From Paraphysomonas bandaiensis (lineage: Eukaryota > Protista > Chrysophyceae): a DNA stretch of 64,000 bases. The notes under the pieces were generated by a model, which was not told the origin of the DNA, ran no database searches, and saw only the letters and a list, made by a program, of their open reading frames with translations. This document shows positions 1 to 9,528 of the stretch, one piece after another. The stretch's first letter is position 1; the number at the start of each line of letters is the position of its first letter. The position numbers were made by a program, and so were the translations under genes. The DNA lies in contig CBFFRP010000201.1 in the NCBI GenBank assembly GCA_965644295.1, positions 6,840 through 70,839 of the forward strand, in the 5' to 3' direction.

Positions 1-2
1 AG

Positions 3-1445
3 AACCCCACCGATACCACGCTTTGTCTTGGAAGCATCCAGGTGAATGACAAACGGTTTAGAATTATCAATGTAACGAAGCACAGGAGCCTTCCGCAGCG
101 CCTCTTTAAGCCTCTCCATGGCATGGCCGTGTATCTCTGGGCGCCAGAGTTTCTTCACGTTGACATTTTTCTTCGTCAAGTCATACAGAGGCAACGCAAC
201 GTCTGCGTATTGAGGAATATACTGACGATAGAATGAAGTACTTCCTAAAAAACATCGAACAGCCGTAACGTCCTCTGGGTCTGCAAGATTTGTAATCGCC
301 TCAACCTTCTTCGGATCAGGGCATCGGCCGTTTCTGGACAGAATATGTCCAAGGAACCGCAGCTCCCGATAATTAATATGAGTCTTTTCAATTTTAAATG
401 TAAGATGACGATTTCGAAGTCTATCGTATATGGACTGCTGTGTCAGGAAATGTGCACGAAAACCCCCAGTATGGTTAAGCACATCGTCCAGGTATGCAGA
501 GACTTGAAACCGATCCATGTCTTCAAAAGTCTGGGCAATGACTCTACTAAAGTGTGAAGGTGCATTGACCCAGCCTTGTAACATCACCGTATACTGTAAA
601 TGAGCGTTATGAGTGCGGAATGCCGTTTTAAATCGACTATCAGCGTCAAGCTCCACACAGAAAAATGCATCAGCAATATCGCCCGCTGAAAACCGGTCAG
701 TTCCCACAGGAATGCTATCTAGCAAGTCATCAATCCTGGGAAGTGGAAAAATATCTACCTTAGTTTTCTGATTGAGCGATCGGACATCTGAACACATCCG
801 AAAAAATGTGGCCACTTCAGGCCAGTTAACCTTTTTGAAGATTTCTAAATGTGCCGTGTCTCCCCATTTATCTAAAAATTTCTGAATACGGTCATGATAA
901 GGAACCAGAACTAAACCATGGCTCCAATCACTGTTTGAGGGTTGAAGCTTTTTCTGACGAAGCATCATACCAGTTTTAGCCTCTAAAAATGCTTGTTGCA
1001 ATAAAGAATATTTCCGAGGTCGCGCCCGAACCGGAACTTCATCAGTAGTTTCAATACTCACTTTATAATCCTTAATCCGTGGAGGGTTATCGGGATCAGG
1101 AAAACAGAAAACATCAATATTGGCCAAAGCTTGAGCCAAAAAATAATCACGTTCATTATGATGTGAAGCTATAGTATCCGCGTCGATAGAAATCTCCCCT
1201 TGCAACGAGACTGCTTCATCATCCTTATATATATCCAGCTTAGTTAAAATCAGTTCAATACACTCTTGAAGACGGTCAGGAGTGTACTTGTCAAATCGTG
1301 GTTGAACTGAATTTCGCTGACACAAATCCACTAAATTCCATAATTCCACAGGGAATGACTCCGGTCGTGGACAATCCGAAGTCGTATCGGCTATGTTAAC
1401 AGGCGGTGGCTCCGGAGGTGGCCGATTCACCTCTTTGCCGTCAAC
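3..1445 (-). CDS. Reverse transcriptase and start of RNase H (pol), in frame with the upstream ORF after a single TGA; absent from the ORF track because it has no stop inside the window
   Basis: Hand translation: VDGKEVNRPPPEP...PVRARPRKYS...SDWSHGLVLVP...FRMCSDVRSLN...FPLPRIDDLL...GDIADAFF...MLQGWVNAP...AYLDDVL...FLGHILS...FVIHLDASKTKRGIGGV; 481 codons, no stop seen. Confidence 0.92.
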
Positions 1446-1448
1446 TCA
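1386..1448 (-). promoter_or_regulatory. Candidate stop-codon readthrough signal: UGA + 12-nt spacer + H-type pseudoknot
   Basis: UGA GUUGACGGCAAA [GAGGUG] A (AUCGGC) [CACCUC] 23 nt (GCCGAU): two perfect 6-bp Watson-Crick stems. Confidence 0.6.
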
Positions 1449-4400
1449 TTTCGATGAGGACACCAGCCTAGTGACATTTTCGTGATTCTCTTCAGATAAC
1501 ATAGAAATATCTGAATGCTGGAATTTGTCATCAGTAGGCATGATAGTGGTATCCTCCGTCTCGACACTGCCTTTCATAGCAGATTCCACCGTCTCCTGAT
1601 TATGAACCTGCATCCCCAATAATATGGGTTGAAGTCGTACAACTAAACGCGGTCTACCCGGTAGATGGATCCAATCATCGGTATGATTAGAAGCCCATAT
1701 ATAAGGTCTGTTCGCCGTACAAATAGCATCTTCAAATTGTAAGACGGGCTCATTAGCATCATCACCTGAATTAATCCTTGCAACCTCTGGCTGAGTCTGT
1801 ATCCATCCACCTAACGGAGCACCCTTGCCCACTTGAACAGGAATCCGCATCTTAGAATGCGGTGGGATATGTTTCGATATGCAGACTGCAGCCTTGTGAG
1901 GTTGAGGTTTGTTTTCACGGAGATGGCGTGCAACACATTTCTGTACCACAGGGTCCTGAGCTGATGCCATTTGCGTAACAGTCTCATTCCAGTTGAATTG
2001 AGGCATTGCATACTGAATACCATTAGTTTGGAACAACAGCAGTTTATGATCAAACAAGTCAATCATTTTGATACGTCGTAATGCATGCCCTCCAAAGATT
2101 ACATTCATGGAACAATTCGGGATAATTGGTATCCATGCTTTCAACTGAACTTGTTCTTTTGCATTGTTCAAAAGTGGTGCCTCTCCCGGCAACACTGCCA
2201 CAGGTAAGACCCGTTGTGCAGTAACAGTGTAGGTAAGACAAGCTCTCCAACTCACAGCGATATCCTGTGAACCTATTCCCCGAATAATGTACCGGTCTCT
2301 CTTTGGGATTCGTACTCGCTTAAGATTCAAGAGGGCTGCACACTCTTCGTCGATCAAGGACTCCATAGAGCCATGATCCACCTGGTGCCAACCGACTCTC
2401 TGTACTGGTTTACCAGTTTCATCAACTGTATCATATAGAACACGAAACATGGATAATGTATCTTGAGATTCATCCCTAGGTGTCACAGTGTGCACTAAGT
2501 ATCGAACTTTTTGTGCAGCATGAACCTTTCGTTTGGGTTTTGATTTTGACTTAGTAGATCGTGAACCGGAAAGTGAGTCTGTACTGTGAGCAGGTATAGA
2601 GTCATCCAGTGTAGAGAAAGAAGAGTCATCATCACTATCCGCCCAATGTACTTGTGGTGTACTAGAAACACTTGATGCTATGGAATTGGATTTCTTCCGT
2701 TCGCCACCAATGAATGTCGTATGCAAAGCACTCCCTCCATCCCACCGGCTAGTCAAATCCCGAAATGCTGCCTGAAATTCCTCCTTCTGAGCCGTAGGCA
2801 ACTGAGACCAAGGTTGGCTATACTTATTCAATCTGGACAACCAAAAATTGTATATTCGATTCCTTTCAATGTTACGTGGTGTCTCAGACACAAATCCAAG
2901 TGGGTCAAATTTCCCATTCGTGATGCGTCGGCATTGAGCGTTGTTAATACTATGTCGAAGGCCACATCGTGAACATGTAAGCTTCGCAATCTCAATCGGT
3001 GTGAGAGATGGTTTGGGTTCCTCGCGTATGCCGGCATGAACTTTGTGATGTCGTCGTAAGCCTCCCTCACCCTTAGTTGTGTCTGGTTGTTTACTAGATT
3101 GGACATCAGGACGTATAATGTATAGCAGCGTTCCCTGCTGGAATTCTTCCTGAATCTCTCGCCAGATTGATTCTACCTCCTCCCATGATAGACTCCAATT
3201 TTCAGTCGACTTCGCCCTTTCAATTTTTGTGATCTTATTGTCGTACGCTGCAACCAACGATTTACCCCAAACAGGCTCTTTTCCTACCACTCGGCGCATA
3301 GATTCTTCCATCACCTGTGCCGTCTGGCGATCCGGCGTATTATGTTCAACTACCTCTTTTAGTTCATAATATAGTTGCATAACTGCTGTAGGCGTAGCGA
3401 GATCAGGAGCAGCCCAGTCCTCAATCTGTTTGGCACGCTGTTCATTGGTCTGTACGGGACAATAATTACGGATAGCCCAATGGCAGAAATGCACCCAACG
3501 ACGCATCCAAAATTCATATTCAGTGGCTAATTGGCTATCCTCCTGGTCATCCCATATCTCTGGCACACGATTCAAAGACAACCGTTGCAGTTCCTCTTTA
3601 AAGCCGCCCTTAAAACACCAACCATTCTTTGTCTGTATGACCAAATCTTTCAGCCCCATCTTGGCCTGACGTGCCTTCTGGACAGCAAAACGGAGTCCTC
3701 TTTCAATGGGGTATCGATTAGAATGATCTTTCTCTAGACGCATCTTGTCATCAGTCTTCATGTAGAGAGTAGGCTCCTTGACTTCTCTTCTCCATGGAGT
3801 AGCTTTGGGCAATGCTTTAGACATTAACCGCATGGCTCTAGACGATCGCATTTGGTTACAGAGCAGTGACCAGTGTTGCTCTCCAATTTGTTGAAGGTGA
3901 CACCCGAATGCTTGTGCGTCTAGCAGTCTGCCATCTTCAGTTGGATAAATACGGGAATTCGATCTTGAACCCCTAGAACTCAACACTCGGGATGTACTTG
4001 ATCTGGTATCCGCTGACCGACTTCCTCTGCTGACAAAGGAACCCCGACTACCATTGCTGACGAAGGAGTGGTATGACTCATCGTCAGAGTCAACGGTCCT
4101 CTCTTCCCAAGATCCAAATTTTTTATTTTGCTGACTGAGTTGTTTGCTGAGGAGGTTGCAGCGCATCATTAGTTGGCTATCGGCCTCCTCCCACATAGTT
4201 TCAGCCATGTCTCTTATATCAAGGTATTGGTTCAGCACCATACACAATTCCGCTGTTTCGTAAATGTGCTCTTCAGCCACTAACTCATGTACATTGTCAA
4301 GAACTGTCAGCCTACTTAACCACTCGCGAACATTTGATGGTAATTGCAAGCCGTTTCCTCGATTTAAGACTAGTTGGGCAAGCTGAGAAATATCTTCCGC

Positions 4401-5516
4401 AGAACTCTCTCTTGCTATTTTCATTTGCTCAAAAAAGTGGTCCTGTAAACGATCAGTGACCTCAGTAGCTGTACAAGCCATGTAAATCTGCTGCTCCCAA
4501 TGCTGCAGTGGCTCTGCTATATGAGCGGTGTATCGCTGTCTTGACCATCTGGTGGTATGTACCCTCCGTCGATCTGCGTACTGTTGCAGGATGTTAAGAG
4601 AAATCTTTAGGTCCATAGGGTCTCTAGCCCCACGATCCAGGTACAAATGCTCCATATATGTGTCCTCGTTTAGGTCTGGCCGAGGACGCAATCTTCTATG
4701 GCCCAATATTATGCACTTCTCTAATGTGTCTGTGGTGGGTCTCTTTGATCTGAGTATCCCCCTTCTTACTCGGCATCGATAACATAGACCACCCTGAATT
4801 TCCATTGAATTTACCTGGTCCTTACAATCGATACATTGATTTTCCGAGCAATAATAACATATTCCTCCTGCGGTGAGACGCTTGGGATCTGTGAGTCGCT
4901 GACAGATTTGACACCTATCCGCATCTCTACCTAGTTGGTCTGGTCTGCTGGTGTTATATACACCTTGCAATCCAGAGGTGGAATGTAGCACATTGTGTGC
5001 CTCATCCCCTGCGTGAGGTAAGGGTGTATAATGACACTCCTTTGCCTCAGCCTCCTTGTTACTTTGTTCCTTGAATGGCAAGGGGTCCATATGCAATGGA
5101 CTATCTCCTGTCGCATCTGCATCAAACGAACAAAAATCATCCTGAGCCCTCAATGGTTGAATAGCGTCCTTACCGAATGCGAGAGGTTTTCGGGCTGACA
5201 AGGGTACCTCCTCCGGACTACTAAGACGATCCACCAGTTCTGGAACAGTCGTTGCTTGACTGTCTGCTTCATGAGTTTCTGTCTCTCTAAAGTCGTCACT
5301 TTGTTTATTGAGAGATGAAATTTCCTTAAAAAATTGAGACACCAACGTCTCTGATTCGATCTCAGACAACCCAAATGCCAAGCCTATATCCCGGATTTGA
5401 TCCTCACTGGCATTGGCAATGGAAGGGTCTAACCCTCCAAGCATAAGCCTGAGGGTCCTTCTCACTGACTCGAATTTAGTAGACTCTTGTGCGCTATCAA
5501 GAGTCTCCTCCTCCAT
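1446..5516 (-). CDS. Gag-protease polyprotein (1356 aa) of the Gypsy-like element
   Basis: Long intronless ORF; N-terminal 4x CxxC cluster, knuckle CSRCGLRHSINNAQC, protease-like QVDHGSMESLID...VIFGGHAL. Confidence 0.85.
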   Translation of the reverse strand: MEEETLDSAQESTKFESVRRTLRLMLGGLDPSIANASEDQIRDIGLAFGLSEIESETLVSQFFKEISSLNKQSDDFRETETHEADSQATTVPELVDRLSSPEEVPLSARKPLAFGKDAIQPLRAQDDFCSFDADATGDSPLHMDPLPFKEQSNKEAEAKECHYTPLPHAGDEAHNVLHSTSGLQGVYNTSRPDQLGRDADRCQICQRLTDPKRLTAGGICYYCSENQCIDCKDQVNSMEIQGGLCYRCRVRRGILRSKRPTTDTLEKCIILGHRRLRPRPDLNEDTYMEHLYLDRGARDPMDLKISLNILQQYADRRRVHTTRWSRQRYTAHIAEPLQHWEQQIYMACTATEVTDRLQDHFFEQMKIARESSAEDISQLAQLVLNRGNGLQLPSNVREWLSRLTVLDNVHELVAEEHIYETAELCMVLNQYLDIRDMAETMWEEADSQLMMRCNLLSKQLSQQNKKFGSWEERTVDSDDESYHSFVSNGSRGSFVSRGSRSADTRSSTSRVLSSRGSRSNSRIYPTEDGRLLDAQAFGCHLQQIGEQHWSLLCNQMRSSRAMRLMSKALPKATPWRREVKEPTLYMKTDDKMRLEKDHSNRYPIERGLRFAVQKARQAKMGLKDLVIQTKNGWCFKGGFKEELQRLSLNRVPEIWDDQEDSQLATEYEFWMRRWVHFCHWAIRNYCPVQTNEQRAKQIEDWAAPDLATPTAVMQLYYELKEVVEHNTPDRQTAQVMEESMRRVVGKEPVWGKSLVAAYDNKITKIERAKSTENWSLSWEEVESIWREIQEEFQQGTLLYIIRPDVQSSKQPDTTKGEGGLRRHHKVHAGIREEPKPSLTPIEIAKLTCSRCGLRHSINNAQCRRITNGKFDPLGFVSETPRNIERNRIYNFWLSRLNKYSQPWSQLPTAQKEEFQAAFRDLTSRWDGGSALHTTFIGGERKKSNSIASSVSSTPQVHWADSDDDSSFSTLDDSIPAHSTDSLSGSRSTKSKSKPKRKVHAAQKVRYLVHTVTPRDESQDTLSMFRVLYDTVDETGKPVQRVGWHQVDHGSMESLIDEECAALLNLKRVRIPKRDRYIIRGIGSQDIAVSWRACLTYTVTAQRVLPVAVLPGEAPLLNNAKEQVQLKAWIPIIPNCSMNVIFGGHALRRIKMIDLFDHKLLLFQTNGIQYAMPQFNWNETVTQMASAQDPVVQKCVARHLRENKPQPHKAAVCISKHIPPHSKMRIPVQVGKGAPLGGWIQTQPEVARINSGDDANEPVLQFEDAICTANRPYIWASNHTDDWIHLPGRPRLVVRLQPILLGMQVHNQETVESAMKGSVETEDTTIMPTDDKFQHSDISMLSEENHENVTRLVSSSK

Positions 5517-7366
5517 AATAATAACAATATAATCAAATCACAATGAACAAATATATGTCTACAACTACAATGCTATCTACCAGCAATTTCAAGAGTAAGG
5601 AAATTGCATCTTATTATCAATAATATAAATATGTCTACCTACGATTCCGTGATCAATGGAATGAACATCATTCATATTCAATACCAAACACATCAGTCTA
5701 ACACAGTTGATCATAATAACTCATCACAACTGTATAAGGGAAGATACATTCAGTATTCTCTTTGTAGTTGAAGCCTGGTATTCGTACTCCTTAGTACAAT
5801 CAATCCCCAATAAGCACTGAAGGAAATACGTAATGTATAACTGTATTACTGGATAATCTGGCAATACACATCTATCAGCGTGGATATCAAACCCGGAATT
5901 CTCCAGTAAACTTCTCCAGCCTTAAAGTCAATATATATATATAATAAGAACATATATATATATCATCCATCATCAGTATCATCATTATGTCTCATTATTG
6001 ATAATCATGTCTCTCTTTGTCTTTTGAATGATTATGTAAATATCAATAATAAGCATGAATTGTCATAGTCATAATACATCATATATCTCAGTGTGAGTTA
6101 TGGTAATAATAATAATATTCAATCTATGTTTGCACAGATAGTATGTACAAACTTAAGCATATACAATAGAGAGCTTGTAGAATAGAATAACCTGATAGCT
6201 GGTTATTACACTAGTACTCTAAGTGTTCCAACTCTTCGTCACTGTCGTCTTCATTCTTATAATCGGACAGTCCATCATCGATGACCTGTGAGCCCACTGA
6301 AGTATACTGTCAAAGTAAGAAGAACAAACTGTTTCGTCGTCTGTTCACATGCATATTGTACGTAATAAATATGAAAGAGATGATGGCCGAATAGTTTGGA
6401 CCGTATACTGTACAGTGATAGTTTAGTGTAATAGTTTGGGTAGATATGGCGATCATTCTACTGGCATCTTACTTTTATTCACTGTTTAGACTGGCTTGCT
6501 CTTACAGATTACAAGAAAAACATGTTTGTATGAGAATGACAGATGACAGCATCAATTTAAGCAGTTTGGAGTTTACTATTTGGTGAGTAGCTTGGCAGAG
6601 ACAGACAGTACGATTTGAAATATTGAACATGAATTGTGTTCTTCGTTGCAGGTATGTATCATAATTGTTCGATGTTTAAATAGTATACCAAATTGCAATA
6701 TATTTCCATCGCCCCATGATAGTAGATAGAAGATGAGTTAGGTGATTATGAAGAGTAGTTTATGATTAATCAAGTATATATTATAAGACACACTAGCATG
6801 AGCAATACATATCAATTATCAATATATTGCGAGGCCAGTTTTTTCTAAAATAATAATCAATATATTGTAGCAAGCAGGAATAAATAATTACAATATTTAT
6901 ATTGCAATCCAATATATTTCTGACTGCCCCTGATAATTGATGTTGCTTTGAAATTGGAAGTGTGTAAATGATTATTCTGTGATGAAATAAACCTAAATAA
7001 TATTCCTCTTTATGCATTTATTAGATAATGATTTGGATGCAATTTCTACCGAGATTTTAACTTTTCAATTTCGAGGAGTTCAACTATAATCAACACTCTA
7101 ACCCTATTATTTTCAACCAATCTTAATGTATGAAGCAATCCGGACACAATCAAAACGCCTATTTTTTTAGTCGCCACCACATAGCAGATACTAAACTTTC
7201 TAATCTCAAATTTTTGTATGGTCGCCGTTGTGGTCATTTTCAACTTTCCTTGTGTGAATATTCACAGAGGTTGCAATACCACAATATCCCCAGGCACCCG
7301 ATACAAAACTTCTGCAGCACGAGGAACATCCTATCGATAGGAGATACGCAAGCATAGACACAAACG

Positions 7367-8635
7367 TCACTCCGTACATCCTGTAGCACATGCTGTACCT
7401 AGAGAACTTTCAAGTGAAAAGCAAGCCATGGTACAGGAAAGGTCAGCCTCAACAATACTGGATGACACCGACGTGCGCACATAAATGCCAGCACGAGGAA
7501 CCTGGATGCGACGAAGAGAGACCGGGGTTTCGATCAGAGTACTTAAGGCAGGCTCATCAGCGAACATAGTCAAAACAAAGCGCTTTGGTCTAAAGCAGTG
7601 TAGCACATTTCTCACGAGGGGGGTGTAACTTGGGAGACTAGCGTTGGTCTCAAAGGATGCGTAGGAGCATTGGGGCTCCGGGGTGACGTGGATAGTGGAG
7701 TACGCGTCATGTAGTATAGCATTCATGGAGTACCCACAGGGTGTGAAAGCGCACGCATCAATCGTTGCACCAGGTACCAGCTGGTGAATTCCAGACATTA
7801 GCGTCATTTCTTTTCCTGTAATTGTGTCCCTACTTTTGTAAAAAATTGAAGCCACTGCTCTATCCATGTCAAACATCATCATGTTAATGGTGATACCTTC
7901 CATGGAAGCGGGCAGTGGGAAACTGGGATTTTGTGAGTTTATATCGGGTCTTCTTGAAGAAATGCCAGGTACGGACAGGGCCCCATGAGGACTAGGAAGA
8001 TGATTCGTAGCAGTGCCGTGTGGAAGGTCCGCCACATATACAAACCAGTGATCATCGGTGACAGGCCCAAGGATATGTCCAGATCCATTTAGACGGGCCT
8101 GCAGCTTCGAGTGAGAGTCCAGGAATTTTATCTCGTCACCGAAATTAGAATGTGGCCATTTCTGAGCACTGGGGTTATTAAGATTTTTCCGCGAGTATCC
8201 TACCCATCGAAGCTCCATGTTTAGGTCGTCGGCGTATTTCAACAGTGAATCTAAACAGTGAAGCAGTGTCGTGGTTCCACATGTCTTCATAATATAGCGA
8301 TGCTTGTACACAAAGAGCGATGACTCAGATAAAACGTAAGCATCCACATAGCTACTTGATATTTTACTTAGAATGCTACATTTAGCTTCCGTACATAGGA
8401 AATCAAGCTGCTGACGGGAAAGTGCGCGGAGGCCACGTTCGTGGCCGACGCCGGGTTGAAAGCACACCTCCATCGTCTTCTCCGGTCCCTCAAAGCACTC
8501 CTGGGAACTGTATTGGCCTTCAGAAGATACAATGATTTGACCCTCATCGTCCGAGCAAGACGTAGCACACTCAGGGATTGGACTATATGTGCGATCATAT
8601 ATCTCAATTACATCATTTCTGTTAGTTATACTCAT
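7367..8635 (-). CDS. AMD1: S-adenosylmethionine decarboxylase proenzyme (eukaryotic type), intronless CDS; ATG at 8635
   Basis: FEGPEK, self-cleavage motif YVLSESSLFV, MKTCGTT, FTPCGYSMN, STIHVTPE, YASFETN. Confidence 0.96.
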   Translation of the reverse strand: MSITNRNDVIEIYDRTYSPIPECATSCSDDEGQIIVSSEGQYSSQECFEGPEKTMEVCFQPGVGHERGLRALSRQQLDFLCTEAKCSILSKISSSYVDAYVLSESSLFVYKHRYIMKTCGTTTLLHCLDSLLKYADDLNMELRWVGYSRKNLNNPSAQKWPHSNFGDEIKFLDSHSKLQARLNGSGHILGPVTDDHWFVYVADLPHGTATNHLPSPHGALSVPGISSRRPDINSQNPSFPLPASMEGITINMMMFDMDRAVASIFYKSRDTITGKEMTLMSGIHQLVPGATIDACAFTPCGYSMNAILHDAYSTIHVTPEPQCSYASFETNASLPSYTPLVRNVLHCFRPKRFVLTMFADEPALSTLIETPVSLRRIQVPRAGIYVRTSVSSSIVEADLSCTMACFSLESSLGTACATGCTE

Positions 8636-8946
8636 TCGAGGGGATGCAACTCGCGTCTCTGTTAGAAATACCAGTAAACCCAAGTCGTTAGCCCAGCCAG
8701 TTGACCTGCAAGGCAAGAGAATACCGTTAGACAATGTTAAATGCAAACTTTGATGTGTATCTCACCTATACACAACAATCAATGGCTATTGCAAGCACTT
8801 CTTTTCAATCGATCGCTAGTAACCTAAAGCACAATATGCATCATCCCAATACAAAACAATTCATAAGCAACATCACAACTCACCGACAGTAAAAGAACTT
8901 CAGTATTTCAATGCATTCGTTGATTTACTATTGCACTTTAAGACAT
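8636..8946 (-). promoter_or_regulatory. AdoMetDC 5' leader with two predicted 60-nt introns (8883-8824, 8765-8706) and two 2-codon uORFs (8946-8938 MS*, 8916-8908 MH*)
   Basis: Both introns start GTGAG and end in a pyrimidine-rich TAG/CAG, with length matching other introns in the window. Confidence 0.65.
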
Positions 8947-9528
8947 ATGCACTTGGCAGTTGAATCCGGCGTTACTGATTGGATGGATGGGTCACGAGCT
9001 GTATACGGGGACCGTATCTTCAGTGGATACAATGTATTCAGTTCAATTGAGGGGTTTAGAGCCATAGAATACATATAGAAATACGTACGTGTGTATGTAG
9101 ATAGAAGGTGTAAACGTACCTGTCGATAGAGTACTATTATACAGTAACGTACACACCACATCATGTGCGCGTACCTACAGAGTATGTACAATCTAGACGT
9201 ACAACTCATAAATACCGTATATGGTACGCCATATACATACATACTCCACAAGTACATACCTCACATACATCCATCCTATAGGCATTCCGCATCGTGCTGT
9301 ACATACACACCACCATAAACCATACATACCTCATATACAGTACATACAGCAGTACATCCTATTCCACTATACTGCAGTACATCCCCACCACCTCCCCATA
9401 TATATGTGTATGGTATACGGTATACATGCATCGCATATGCACACCTCACTGTTGGTCATAAGAAACATTAACATAACATGCAATAACCACACCTCATAGC
9501 CTCCCCCTCTCATGACCGATACACCCTA

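Larger units (their letters stand above)
1..5516 (-). mobile_element. Ty3/Gypsy-type LTR retrotransposon internal region (gag-protease / RT-RNase H); runs off the left window edge, LTRs not defined
   Basis: Domain order Gag zinc knuckle, aspartic protease, RT, RNase H with no integrase before RT (Gypsy order); RT motifs PLPRIDDLL, KTAFRT, YLDD, FLGH, FYRQYIP; intronless. Confidence 0.92.

Noticed and set aside
1446-1448. TGA reassigned to Trp or Sec (alternative genetic code)
   Set aside because: Host genes in the window (AdoMetDC, ITPK1, EFHB) end in TGA and use TGG for Trp; the position is a linker, not a redox site
5517-6510. 5' LTR and PBS of the Gypsy element (possible TGTAAG start near 6506; small palindrome AATAACC-N8-GGTTATT near 6187-6208)
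   Set aside because: The second LTR is outside the window and no convincing PBS was found, so boundaries cannot be supported
8636-8746. N-terminal extension of AdoMetDC from the ORF track (TTG start at 8746)
   Set aside because: That start lies inside a predicted leader intron (8765-8706); the first ATG is at 8635
8928-9499. Tyr/Ile/His/Thr/Cys-rich ORFs in promoter regions (also near 12.0-12.6, 19.8, 27.7-28.3, 38.2, 45.2 and 51.2-51.7 kb)
   Set aside because: They are translations of TACA/TATG-type low-complexity DNA with no protein-like features
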